A stretch of DNA of 64,000 nucleotides, taken from Spirochaetales bacterium (GTDB lineage Bacteria > Spirochaetota > Spirochaetia > UBA9216). Each line of letters opens with the position of its first letter. Position 1 is the stretch's first letter. The notes under the pieces were generated by a model. The model did no database searches, was not told where the DNA came from, and was given only the letters and a program-made list of their open reading frames with translations. Shown here in pieces: positions 39,563-49,414 of this stretch. The position numbers were made by a program, and so were the translations under genes. The DNA lies in NCBI GenBank assembly GCA_016839055.1, contig JAEKNX010000014.1, forward strand, positions 68,051 to 132,050, in the 5' to 3' direction.

Positions 39563-40161
39563 CAGATACCCTCCTTCCTGAGTTTTTCGGCCTTCTCTCC
39601 GGCCGAGTTGAAGATCTGCAGAACATAGGCGCTTGTACGGGATGCTCCGGTTATAGCGTCAATCTCGCCGGAAGCCCCGGCCGTCCCTTCGGGTACCATT
39701 CTAAGCGGGAAAGGTTTCCCGCGCATCTGCTCCTTGAACCATGGCTCAGTGATCCTCGCGCCGAGCCCGGGAGTCTCATTCTGCTTTACGAACTCTACCC
39801 CCACAAAGGAGGCCAGATCAGGCGTGAAAGCAGTTACGGCTTCAATTTCTCCCCATAATCCCGGACCGACTATAATAAAAGCATAGGCGGCAATATCTCC
39901 GGAAAGGCCGCTAATTTCGAAAATATCACCGCGTTCAGCCACCCGCTCCTCATAGAGTTCGTTTATCTCCGCATTGGTCTCAGGCAGCTTGATTCCACCT
40001 GCATAGAGGACAGCCTTCTTCAGAAAAAGCCCCTCATTTGCTATAACCAGATCCTGAGTAGACAGATGAATACCGGAGACAATCGCGATACAAATAATAG
40101 TAAGCGCGGCCATGATTATTACCGGCTTAACCCGTTCCGCAAAAAATCCGACTTTTTTCAT
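39562..40161 (-). CDS. nqrC: Nqr subunit C (FMN-binding).
   Basis: Single N-terminal TM helix. The motif ITGASRTS corresponds to the flavinylation site of NqrC/RnfG. Confidence 0.75.
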   Translation of the reverse strand: MKKVGFFAERVKPVIIMAALTIICIAIVSGIHLSTQDLVIANEGLFLKKAVLYAGGIKLPETNAEINELYEERVAERGDIFEISGLSGDIAAYAFIIVGPGLWGEIEAVTAFTPDLASFVGVEFVKQNETPGLGARITEPWFKEQMRGKPFPLRMVPEGTAGASGEIDAITGASRTSAYVLQIFNSAGEKAEKLRKEGI

Positions 40162-41123
40162 GAGGCTGCCCTCTCTTTTTTCTTCTTCCTTCTTTCCCTC
40201 AGCGCATGATCAAGAAGCGGGGCGAACATGTTCGCAAGCAGAATAGCGAAGGTGACAGCCTCTATCCAGATTGAGAATGTTCTTATCAGAGAAATCAGCA
40301 CCCCAATCAGCAGGCCGTAAATCCACCTGCCCTCATTGGTCGTCTGTGAAGAGGAGATAGGATCGGTTGCCATGAAGACGAGGCCATACATGAGGCTTCC
40401 GCAGAAAAGTCCGTAGACAGGGTTTAGCGCACCGTCTATTCCGCCGAAAAAAAGCGCCGACTGCATGATAAGAAAACCTGCGAGCCCCGCGACCATTATC
40501 CTGAAGTTCGCGGCCTTCTTCACTATAAGAAAAACGGCAGCTGCCGCAATAAGCAGGGCGCTCGTCTCACCGAGTGAACCGGAAACATTGCCGAGAATTA
40601 GATTCAGAAGTGGTACATCAGTCCCGGCGGCCAGGCTGGCAATAGGAGTCGCCCTAGAGACGGCGTCGGCGCCATTGAGCCATACGGCGAATCCTCCAGG
40701 CAGGCCCGCGGCAGGCTGAACAAAGCCTGCTGTCAGAGGTACGCCGAAACTGATGTAGATAAACGCCCTGCCGGAGATGGCGGGGTTAAACACATTCCGG
40801 CCGAAACCACCGAAGACCATCTTCCCAAAGACAACACCGAAGACTATTCCTACCACTGCAATCCAGTAAGGTACGGCCGGCGGCATAGACAGGGCGAACA
40901 GGAAATTCGTAACAAAAACAGCCGAGCTGACCTGCTTTTTATATATTCTGGCAAATATATACTCGCTCAGGAATCCTGCGATATTTACAACTGCCAGAAG
41001 CGATAATGAACGCCAGCCAAACAGATAAATCGATAAGACGGCAAGCGGTATCAGTGCATAAACAACCTGGAACATTACTTTTTGCCGCAGTATCAGCGGT
41101 TTCTTTTTTTGTTCTTTTCCCAT
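40158..41123 (-). CDS. nqrB: Nqr subunit B.
   Basis: NqrB/RnfD family polytopic membrane protein with an SGSLGETS flavinylation-type motif. Start trimmed to ATG 41123 (MGKEQKKKP). Confidence 0.75.
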   Translation of the reverse strand: MGKEQKKKPLILRQKVMFQVVYALIPLAVLSIYLFGWRSLSLLAVVNIAGFLSEYIFARIYKKQVSSAVFVTNFLFALSMPPAVPYWIAVVGIVFGVVFGKMVFGGFGRNVFNPAISGRAFIYISFGVPLTAGFVQPAAGLPGGFAVWLNGADAVSRATPIASLAAGTDVPLLNLILGNVSGSLGETSALLIAAAAVFLIVKKAANFRIMVAGLAGFLIMQSALFFGGIDGALNPVYGLFCGSLMYGLVFMATDPISSSQTTNEGRWIYGLLIGVLISLIRTFSIWIEAVTFAILLANMFAPLLDHALRERRKKKKERAAS

Positions 41124-41409
41124 AGTTTTATATTCATGGATTTTATAGAGAATGTCAAATATAATATTATATAGACAGCAATTCTGAATTTGATCTCTGG
41201 AAGCGGTTGAATAATTATTTAAATGCAAGAAGATTATTTTATTCCTCTTTGCCTTGTTTTTATTAGCTCTAATCCCGCTTCCGGACAGCCTGTACTTCTG
41301 AATTTGGCTGCCTGTGTATGCCGACGCTGCGGGGCCTCGTAACTGTGGAAAACATCTGCGTCTTCGCAGTAGTTTTTAATGGGTACGGGGTGCAGCAAGG
41401 GTCGGATGA

Positions 41410-41435
41410 TTCTAAATTTGCAGCCAAATTTAGAA
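41410..41435. promoter_or_regulatory. Perfect 11-bp inverted repeat TTCTAAATTTG-cagc-CAAATTTAGAA in the 420-bp divergent intergenic region.
   Basis: Read directly from the sequence. It lies between the nqr operon (-) and the DRTGG/CBS module (+). A related half-site, GAATTTGGCTGCC, sits at about 41296. Confidence 0.4.
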
Positions 41436-41543
41436 TTGCTGTAATATAGATAATACATACATCTTCAGAACAGTTGACTGCCGCCTGTAAATATAAGAAA
41501 ATAGTAATATAACCGGCCCAAACGGAGCCTCGGGAGAATAACA

Positions 41544-41891
41544 ATGACACTTAATGATATATCCGCCATACTTTCCTGCATTCAGCATAATAAAAACACC
41601 ATTTTCGAGACAGAAGCTGTCGAGCATATTGTCGCTAGTGACCTAATGAGTGAGGTGCTTATTGCGGAAGAGGAGAATCTGCTTCTCATAACGGCGCTAA
41701 ATACTGAACAGACCTTAAGGACGGCACACATCGTGGATGCTCTCGGGGTCGTGCTCGTCAACGGCAAGAGGCCTCAACCAGGGATGATAAGACTTGCGAA
41801 AGAATTCGATCTTGCGCTTTTTACAACCAAGTCATCAATGTTCAAATCATGTGCCGCCGTTCACTCACTGATGAACGGAGACGCTAATTGA
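41544..41891 (+). CDS. DRTGG-domain protein.
   Basis: Small protein with the DRTGG-type fold pattern (ALGVVLVNG). Confidence 0.5.
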   Translation: MTLNDISAILSCIQHNKNTIFETEAVEHIVASDLMSEVLIAEEENLLLITALNTEQTLRTAHIVDALGVVLVNGKRPQPGMIRLAKEFDLALFTTKSSMFKSCAAVHSLMNGDAN

Positions 41892-42820
41892 GAAAACTGA
41901 TTCCTATTTATGAAAACCAAACTCCTCTTGTTGTTCTGGAACTGATTCAGGGTCACAAGATCAAGGAGATCATGTCCGAAAACATTATCACCATAGGCAG
42001 AGACATGACCATGAGGGATGTAAAAATCCTGATGAAGGAGAAAAGCATCAGCGGTGTCCCGGTGATGGACAAAAAACGTCTCATTGGAATTATCAGCGTA
42101 GAAGATCTGCTGAACGCGCTGGAGGATGGGCTCATGGATGATCCTGTCGAGAAGCATATGTCGCGGAACCTCGTCATCCTCGAAGAACAGATGCCGGTGA
42201 GTTTCGCGATTGATTATTTTGAGAATTACAGCTTTAACCGTTTTCCTGTCCTCAATGAGAGGAAAGAACTGGTCGGAATCATCACCAGCCGCGACATCAT
42301 CATCCATATGGTGGCAGTTATGAACCAGGAGATCCGAAGACTCGAAAATCTGGCAAAGCAGGGGGCCCATACTGAAATTGGTGACATTGTCAGGCGGTAC
42401 GCAGTTGTTCAAAACGACTTTAAAAACGCCGGCAAAGCCTCCAGTGAGATTAAAACTATTCTCATCAAGCATCTGGTCGACAGGAAAACCATAAGATCCA
42501 TAGCTACAGCGGTCTATGAGTTGGAGATCAACCAGGTTGTGCATTCGCTGGGCGGTGAAATTCTCTGCCGGATATCGGATAAAAATGTCGAAATACTTGC
42601 CCGCGACCGGGGTCCGGGAATTGAAGACATAGAACTGGCACTCAGCGAAGGCTACTCTACCGCAACCGACTGGATAAGATCGATGGGATTCGGTGCCGGC
42701 ATGGGACTTCCTAATATTCAAAGAGTTTCCGATGAATTTCATATTCAGTCATCAAAAACCGGAACAGAAATTAGAGTAATCATCAATCTCCCTGATGACA
42801 ATAAAATTGAAACAAGTTAA
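41888..42820 (+). CDS. CBS-pair plus GHKL (HATPase_c) ATPase protein. An anti-sigma-factor / serine-protein-kinase-like regulator.
   Basis: Two CBS motifs in the N-terminal half. The C-terminus has ARDRGPGIEDIE...GFGAGMGLPNI (GHKL N/G boxes). Confidence 0.6.
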   Translation: MRKLIPIYENQTPLVVLELIQGHKIKEIMSENIITIGRDMTMRDVKILMKEKSISGVPVMDKKRLIGIISVEDLLNALEDGLMDDPVEKHMSRNLVILEEQMPVSFAIDYFENYSFNRFPVLNERKELVGIITSRDIIIHMVAVMNQEIRRLENLAKQGAHTEIGDIVRRYAVVQNDFKNAGKASSEIKTILIKHLVDRKTIRSIATAVYELEINQVVHSLGGEILCRISDKNVEILARDRGPGIEDIELALSEGYSTATDWIRSMGFGAGMGLPNIQRVSDEFHIQSSKTGTEIRVIINLPDDNKIETS

Positions 42821-42829
42821 AATAACCCT

Positions 42830-43165
42830 ATGAAAATTAAAGAGTTAAACGAGATTCTCAATTTTGAATTACTTACAACCTGTCCGGACAGCGAGATTGT
42901 AACAGCCTACACCTCTGATCTCCTGAGTGATGTCATGGGAAATGCTCCTGATGATTCGGTGCTGATTACAATTCAGGCTCATAAGAACACTATAGCGGTA
43001 GCATCTCTTGCAGGAATCAACGCGGTAATTCTGTGCAACAACAGAAAAGCGCCTGAAGACATGCTCCCAGCGGCTGAAAAAGAGGAGATTGCCGTCCTGA
43101 GCACAGGACTCAACCAGTTTGATACCTCAATTGCCGTTGGACGCGCGCTGGAACTCTGTAAATAA
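42830..43165 (+). CDS. DRTGG-domain protein (second copy).
   Basis: Related to the 41544 gene (ITIQAHKNTIAVASLAGINAVIL). Confidence 0.5.
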   Translation: MKIKELNEILNFELLTTCPDSEIVTAYTSDLLSDVMGNAPDDSVLITIQAHKNTIAVASLAGINAVILCNNRKAPEDMLPAAEKEEIAVLSTGLNQFDTSIAVGRALELCK

Positions 43166-43171
43166 AACGGT

Positions 43172-43870
43172 TTGCCACGGTTAAAAACAGACCTTCATAT
43201 CCACAGCTGCCTCAGCCCCTGCGGCGCTCTTGAAATGTCTCCAATTGCGATTGCGAGGCAAGCCTTGGGCAGAGGTCTTGATTCGGCTGCTATCACCGAC
43301 CATAACTCTGCTCTCAACTGCAGGGCCTTCGCTGCCTGCTGCCGAAAGCTGGGCATCCTGCCGATCTTCGGCATTGAAGTTACCAGTATAGAAGAGGCCC
43401 ACGTTCTCTGTCTGTTTGAAAATGTCGAGCAGGCCGAGACCCTCGGGGGAATTATCTATGAGAAACTTCCTGACATACCCAACATCCCTGAGAAATTCGG
43501 CGATCAGGTCTATGTAGACGAGGAGGAGAACATTCTTGGTGAAGTTGATAAGTATCTGGTATCGGCGGCCGATATCAGTCTTGACGAACTACTCCTTATA
43601 GTCCGGGAATTAAACGGACTTTTCATACCGGCGCACATCGACAAACCAGTATTCAGCATTCCTTCCCAGCTGGGCTTCCTTCCTGAGATGGATTATGACG
43701 CGCTGGAAACAACAGTAATTCCATGTCCTGTTCAAACAGGTGACTGGACTCTCATCCAAAACTCAGACGCGCATTATCTTGAGGACATAGGAAAACGCTA
43801 TACTATATATGATACTAAATCAGTCTCATTCCCCGGGATCCGTACCGCTATCCATACAAAGAATATTTAA
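43172..43870 (+). CDS. PHP-domain metal-dependent phosphoesterase.
   Basis: DLHIHS...H...ITDHN histidine motifs of the PHP family. Confidence 0.65.
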   Translation: MPRLKTDLHIHSCLSPCGALEMSPIAIARQALGRGLDSAAITDHNSALNCRAFAACCRKLGILPIFGIEVTSIEEAHVLCLFENVEQAETLGGIIYEKLPDIPNIPEKFGDQVYVDEEENILGEVDKYLVSAADISLDELLLIVRELNGLFIPAHIDKPVFSIPSQLGFLPEMDYDALETTVIPCPVQTGDWTLIQNSDAHYLEDIGKRYTIYDTKSVSFPGIRTAIHTKNI

Positions 43871-43914
43871 GCAATAGATTTGTAATAGCCATAAATTATG
43901 TTTATACTGTACAT

Positions 43915-45753
43915 ATGGAAAGTATTTCAGCGGATATATCAGATTTTTTCAGAATACTCGATCAAGTCTCTGATCCCGTGTTCCTGATTGGCACCGATTT
44001 CAAATTTATCTGGTCAAATAGAGCATACTGCAGCTACATAGGGCTCAACTCTGAAAAAATTATTTCGATGAAACTTGAGAATGTGATTCCAGCCGAGTAC
44101 TGTCCTGTTTTAAAAAAAAAATTTCTAAGCATTTCTAAAGAAAATCCGGAAATCGATAACACTTATCCGTCGGTATTAACAAACGGCTCAATCATTGTTG
44201 AGAAATGGCATAACGAAGGAATATTCGATTCTGACGGAAAATTAAAATATTATTATTGTATAGCAACACTTGGAAATTCAAAAAAGGAACCTTTAAATCT
44301 CAACGTCAGTGATCTAATTTCAAATACTCTTGTCAAATCGTCTATTCTCGGAATTATAATTGCAGTAGACGGCAAGATACTTTTTACAAACCAGAAGGTA
44401 TATAACCTTCTATGCCTGGAAGCCTGCAATTCGCTTGACAATCACAGGGTTGATACCCTTTTAAAATCCATCTTCCCGGCCATGTACAAGAAGATTCTCG
44501 GCAATGACAAAATTGAAGAGGCTGAAAGCCTTGAGGTCATGATTAAAACATCCGGTGGAGAGCGATGGCTCTCAATTATCCGAAAATATCAGCTGCACAA
44601 TAAGAGAATGGTTCTCCTTTTGCTCATTGAAGATGTAACCGCCAGAAAAATGAATGAACTGGAAATACAGAGGGCAAAAAACAACCTGTCAGATGTAATG
44701 CGTATTGCGAAAATAGGCTCCTGGGAAAAAGATTTCAAGAATGACTGCTGGATATGGTCTAATGAAATTTACAATATCTTCGGCATTACCCGCGGAACAA
44801 AAATAACAGAAAAACTGCTCAAAAGATACACCGATAAGGACTCCATGAATAAGCGGACAGAAAGAATGACTTCAGCTTTCTCATCAGAAGAAGAACTTTT
44901 TTCATATCATATTGAATACCGGATACTGCCGCAGAACGATGAACCTAAATGGATTTCGGGTGAATCATTCTATAGACAAGCTGAAAACGGAAGTCCTCCC
45001 AGGTTTTACGGATGGGTCCAGGATATAACAGAACGAAAAAAGGTTGAAGAAACCTTAAAACAGGCAAAGGAAAAAGCGGAAGCATCAGAGCTCCTGAAAA
45101 CAGCCTTCCTAGCCAACATGAGCCATGAGATCAGAACCCCGCTCAACGCTATTCTGGGATTCTCAGATCTTCTCACTAAAACTACTTCGGCCGAAGAACA
45201 ACAGAAGTTCAAAAAAATAATCAATCAGAGCAGCAGGCTTCTACTTAATATAATTAATGATATCCTGGATATTTCCACTATTGATTCTGGGAACTTTGAA
45301 CTATTCTATGAGAAAATCAGAATCAGTAAGCTGCTGACCGAGCTGGAAAATTTTTATTCAGAACATGAGGATGAAAACGTAAGACTGATAATACAGAAAT
45401 TTGATAATAAATCAAAATTCTCGATCGATCGGGAGCGATTGAAACAGATACTCATTAATCTGATAAACAATGCCTATAAATATACAAAAGAAGGCACAAT
45501 CACAGTCTCCTGCAGAATAAACACCAAAGCTGACCAGCTTGTGTTTTCGGTTATAGATACCGGTGTCGGCATTGAAACCGGAATGCATCACAATATATTC
45601 GAGCGGTTCTACCAGGTTGACGGCTTCAGTAAGGGCACCGGCCTGGGACTATCAATATCAAGATCGCTAATAACACAGATGGGCGGAGAAATTTCAGTTA
45701 AATCCGCCCTCGGACAAGGTTCGCAATTCACTATTACTCTTCCTATCAAATAA
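43915..45753 (+). CDS. PAS-domain sensor histidine kinase (cytoplasmic).
   Basis: HisKA H-box SHEIRTPLNAI. HATPase_c motifs (DTGVGI, GTGLGLSI). PAS-like N-terminal repeats. Confidence 0.8.
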   Translation: MESISADISDFFRILDQVSDPVFLIGTDFKFIWSNRAYCSYIGLNSEKIISMKLENVIPAEYCPVLKKKFLSISKENPEIDNTYPSVLTNGSIIVEKWHNEGIFDSDGKLKYYYCIATLGNSKKEPLNLNVSDLISNTLVKSSILGIIIAVDGKILFTNQKVYNLLCLEACNSLDNHRVDTLLKSIFPAMYKKILGNDKIEEAESLEVMIKTSGGERWLSIIRKYQLHNKRMVLLLLIEDVTARKMNELEIQRAKNNLSDVMRIAKIGSWEKDFKNDCWIWSNEIYNIFGITRGTKITEKLLKRYTDKDSMNKRTERMTSAFSSEEELFSYHIEYRILPQNDEPKWISGESFYRQAENGSPPRFYGWVQDITERKKVEETLKQAKEKAEASELLKTAFLANMSHEIRTPLNAILGFSDLLTKTTSAEEQQKFKKIINQSSRLLLNIINDILDISTIDSGNFELFYEKIRISKLLTELENFYSEHEDENVRLIIQKFDNKSKFSIDRERLKQILINLINNAYKYTKEGTITVSCRINTKADQLVFSVIDTGVGIETGMHHNIFERFYQVDGFSKGTGLGLSISRSLITQMGGEISVKSALGQGSQFTITLPIK

Positions 45754-45756
45754 AAC

Positions 45757-45786
45757 GACAGCCCCGAAACAAGTTTCGGGGCTGTC
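45757..45786. terminator. Bidirectional rho-independent terminator: GACAGCCCCGAAAC-aa-GTTTCGGGGCTGTC.
   Basis: Perfect palindrome between the convergent HK (+) and hydA (-) genes, with T/A-rich flanks on both sides. Confidence 0.7.
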
Positions 45787-45842
45787 TTATATAATGGTTT
45801 CCGGCAGCCACGCTCACCGGAAAACCTAGTCTCTCAAGAAGC

Positions 45843-47594
45843 TTACTTCTGATAAACCTTCCTAGGAGTGTAATGCGTATGAAGAAGATGATGCGACTTC
45901 TTTGAAAGAGGCGCCTCAAGATAATCAGCGTAGATCTTAGTGATATCAGGATTCTGGTGTGAACACCTGATAGTACTCTGCTCATCATCTTTATAGAGAC
46001 CGGCGATTCTCTGATCTCGCACTTCATCCTCAGTTCCATAGGGCTGACCGCCTCCGGCAATACAACCACCGCGGCAAGCCATAACCTCAACAAAATGATA
46101 GGGAGGTTCTGCTCCTGCTTCTTTCGCTACTCTTATTTCATCAAGAACGGCCTTAACGTTTGCCATTCCGTGAGCAACGGCAACCTTAACCTTAGTTCCC
46201 TTGATGTCAACAACGCCCGTCTTAACACCGTCCATACCGCGAACAGCCTCAATATTAACATCGGCAAGCTCTTCCTTGGTAATCAGGTAGTAGGCGGACC
46301 TCACTGCAGCTTCCATAACACCGCCGGTGACGCCGAAGATTGTACCAGCACCCGTATAGGCTCCAATTGGGCTGTCGCATTCTTCGGGCTCGAGATTTGC
46401 AAAGTCAACTCCGGCTGTCTTGATAAGTCTTGCAAGCTCACGTGTAGTAAGAACAAGATCGACATCATCAACACCCGATGACTGCATGTTTTCATCTCTG
46501 ATTCTTTCAAACTTCTTGGCTGTGCAGGGCATTATAGCAACCGAGTAAATATCCTTGGGAGCGATACCCTTGTTCTCAGCGTAGTAAGTCTTTGTAATTG
46601 CGCCCTGCATCATCATCGGAGACTTTGCAGTTGAGAAGTTAGGAATCATATCCGGATAATACTTCTCCATGTAGTCGGTCCATGCAGGACAGCAGGAAGT
46701 AAGCTGGGGCAGAGCACCCTTTCCGTTCACAACTCTTTCAACAAACTCCGAACCTTCTTCCATTATTGTAAGGTCGGCTGAGAAGTTCGTATCAAAAACT
46801 GCGTCGACGCCAAGGCGTCTGAGGGCTGCATAAATCTTTCCAGTAACAATTTCACCAGGAGCCATATTAAAGGCTTCACCGATGGCAACACGAACGGCCG
46901 GAGCCATCTGTACCGCAACATGCTTGGACTTATCCATGATAGCATCCATGAGCTGGGCTGTTTCGTCCTTCTCATAGATTGCCCCTACCGGACAATGCGC
47001 TGAACACTGACCGCACTTGATACACGGGCTATCGTTTAATAGAAGACCCGAAACAGGCATTAGGCGGGTGCCTTCGCCGCGTCCGATGAACTCGAGGGCC
47101 CATACATCCTGAAGCTGCTGACAAACTTGCGCACATCTGCCGCACTGGATACATTTTGACGGGTCGAGAACGATTGACGGAGTTGATTCATCTTTTGGAA
47201 GTCTCTTAACATTTCTGTCAAAGGGGATCTCCCTGATTCCGTATTCAGATGCGAGTCTCTGGAGTTCACAAGACAGATTCCTCGCGCATGTGAGACATTC
47301 CTGAGGATGATCCGCAAGGGTCAGCTCAATAACTGTCTTTCTGATTGTATGAATCTCAGGATCATTGGTTATATAGTTCTGTCCTTCGGTAACAAGGGTC
47401 GAACATGCTCTGGCCATCCTGGGATTTCCCTCGATTTTGACAACGCAAATTCCGCAGGCTGCCCAGGGTTCGAGGTCCGAATGGTAGCAAAGTGTCGGGA
47501 TTTTTGATCCGGCAAGCTTTGCGGCTTTTAAAATCGAAGTGCCTGCGGGGACACTGATTGGTCTACCGTTTATCTTTATATCTACAGTACTCAC
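45843..47594 (-). CDS. hydA: [FeFe]-hydrogenase catalytic subunit (bifurcating HydABC type).
   Basis: N-terminal 2Fe-2S and 4Fe-4S domains. H-cluster motifs TSCCPAW, MPCTAKK and EVMACRGGCIAGGGQP. Confidence 0.9.
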   Translation of the reverse strand: MSTVDIKINGRPISVPAGTSILKAAKLAGSKIPTLCYHSDLEPWAACGICVVKIEGNPRMARACSTLVTEGQNYITNDPEIHTIRKTVIELTLADHPQECLTCARNLSCELQRLASEYGIREIPFDRNVKRLPKDESTPSIVLDPSKCIQCGRCAQVCQQLQDVWALEFIGRGEGTRLMPVSGLLLNDSPCIKCGQCSAHCPVGAIYEKDETAQLMDAIMDKSKHVAVQMAPAVRVAIGEAFNMAPGEIVTGKIYAALRRLGVDAVFDTNFSADLTIMEEGSEFVERVVNGKGALPQLTSCCPAWTDYMEKYYPDMIPNFSTAKSPMMMQGAITKTYYAENKGIAPKDIYSVAIMPCTAKKFERIRDENMQSSGVDDVDLVLTTRELARLIKTAGVDFANLEPEECDSPIGAYTGAGTIFGVTGGVMEAAVRSAYYLITKEELADVNIEAVRGMDGVKTGVVDIKGTKVKVAVAHGMANVKAVLDEIRVAKEAGAEPPYHFVEVMACRGGCIAGGGQPYGTEDEVRDQRIAGLYKDDEQSTIRCSHQNPDITKIYADYLEAPLSKKSHHLLHTHYTPRKVYQK

Positions 47595-47609
47595 TGGTAT
47601 TCTCCTTAA

Positions 47610-49403
47610 TTAGCGCTTGGAAATGGCACCGAATTTACAGCTCGCGAAACATTCACCGCATTTTGTGCACTCTGCCTGGTCAATAAGATGAGGGAGCTTT
47701 CTCTCTCCACTGATACATTTAACAGGACATTTTCTTGCACAGACAGTACAACCTATACACTTTTCAGGATCGATGGTGAACTGTACTAGGTCCTTACATT
47801 TTCCAGCCTTACAGATCTTCTGATCAATATGCTCTAGGTATTCTTCCCTGAAATATTTAAGTGTTGAAAGAATAGGATTGGGAGCTGTCTGTCCAAGACC
47901 GCAGAGAGCAGCCTTCTTCATTGCATTTCCGATAACCTCGAGGTTTTCAAGGTCCTTGTGTGTTCCCTTTCCTTTCGAAATCTTGTCGAGAATATCGTAA
48001 AGCTTTCTTGTTCCGATTCTGCAAGGGGCACATTTTCCGCATGATTCATCAACACAGAAATCCTGATAGAACTTTGTTATGTTGACTATACAGTCATCTT
48101 CATCCATGACAATCATTCCGCCTGATCCCATCATTGAACCGATAGCAGTAAGCTGGTCGAAGTCAATTGGAGTATCAAGGAACTCAGAGGTTATTACACC
48201 GCCTGAAGGACCGCCGGTCTGGACTGCCTTAAATGCCTTGCCGTCCTTGATTCCACCGCCGATGTCGAAGACAATCTCGCGGAGGGTTGTTCCCATCGGA
48301 ACTTCCACAAGACCGGAGTTTGCAATCTTACCTGTGAGCGCGAATACCTTTGTTCCTGATGAACGTTCGGTGCCGATTGAACGGAACCATTCGCCGCCCT
48401 TGATGATAATCATAGGAATATTAGCCCAGGTTTCAACGTTGTTGATAACTGTCGGCTTTCCCCATAGACCTTCAACAGCCGGGAATGGCGGTTTTGGAGT
48501 CGGCATTCCTCTGCCGCCTTCAATGGAACGAAGCAGCGCAGTCTCTTCACCGCAGACAAAGGCTCCGGCTCCGAGCCTAATCTCGAAATCAAAGTTAAAT
48601 CCGCTTCCGAGGATATCATTTCCAAGTAGCCCATAGTCACGCGCCTGCGCGATTGCTATCTCGAGTCTCTCGATTGCAAGCGGATACTCAGCCCTTATAT
48701 AAATAACACCTTTATCAGCACCCACGGCATAGCCTGCAATAGTCATTGCCTCAAGCACTGAATGCGGGTCACCCTCAAGGGTACTTCGGTCCATGTATGC
48801 GCCGGGATCGCCCTCATCGGCATTACAGACGATGTACTTCTGATCACTTACAACCTGCTTGGAAAAGTTCCATTTCATCCAGGTCGGAAAACCGGCACCG
48901 CCGCGGCCTCTGAGGCCTGATTCCTTGAGCTCGTTTATTACATCATCAGGACTCATGTCGAAGAGAACCTTCTCAAGAGCAGCATAGCCTTCACGGGCAA
49001 TATATTCATCAATCTTCTCAGGATCGATGAATCCGCAATTTCGCAGGACTATTCTAACCTGTTTCTGATAAAACTTGATGTTCTCTATATCAAAACCATC
49101 TTTATTCTGTTCTTTTTCATCAACGTAGAGGAGTCTTTTGACCATTCGTCCCTTTACGATAGATTCTGATATAATTTCCTTTGCATCTTCCGGGACAACT
49201 TGAACGTAAAATGCTTCCTCAGGAAGAATTTTAACAATCGGTCCTTTTTCACAAAAACCGAAACAACCGGTTTTTACTATCTGTACTTCATCAGCTACAC
49301 CCTGAGCTTCTGCCTCAGATGTGAGCGCATTGAAGATTTCAGTCGCTTTGCTTGATTCGCAGGCTGTTCCGCCGCAAACAAGTATATAATTCTTAACTGC
49401 CAT
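47610..49403 (-). CDS. hydB: NADH-binding flavoprotein subunit of the bifurcating hydrogenase (NuoF-like).
   Basis: NuoF FMN/NADH motifs GRGGAGFPT. C-terminal 2x[4Fe-4S] CxxCxxCxxxCP. N-terminal thioredoxin-like 2Fe-2S domain. Confidence 0.9.
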   Translation of the reverse strand: MAVKNYILVCGGTACESSKATEIFNALTSEAEAQGVADEVQIVKTGCFGFCEKGPIVKILPEEAFYVQVVPEDAKEIISESIVKGRMVKRLLYVDEKEQNKDGFDIENIKFYQKQVRIVLRNCGFIDPEKIDEYIAREGYAALEKVLFDMSPDDVINELKESGLRGRGGAGFPTWMKWNFSKQVVSDQKYIVCNADEGDPGAYMDRSTLEGDPHSVLEAMTIAGYAVGADKGVIYIRAEYPLAIERLEIAIAQARDYGLLGNDILGSGFNFDFEIRLGAGAFVCGEETALLRSIEGGRGMPTPKPPFPAVEGLWGKPTVINNVETWANIPMIIIKGGEWFRSIGTERSSGTKVFALTGKIANSGLVEVPMGTTLREIVFDIGGGIKDGKAFKAVQTGGPSGGVITSEFLDTPIDFDQLTAIGSMMGSGGMIVMDEDDCIVNITKFYQDFCVDESCGKCAPCRIGTRKLYDILDKISKGKGTHKDLENLEVIGNAMKKAALCGLGQTAPNPILSTLKYFREEYLEHIDQKICKAGKCKDLVQFTIDPEKCIGCTVCARKCPVKCISGERKLPHLIDQAECTKCGECFASCKFGAISKR

Positions 49404-49414
49404 CCTAACCTCCG

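Noticed and set aside
41223-41342. Possible 39-aa plus-strand peptide (MQEDYFIPLCLVFISS...) in the nqr upstream region.
   Set aside because: No Shine-Dalgarno sequence. It overlaps the likely nqrB promoter and is most likely non-coding.
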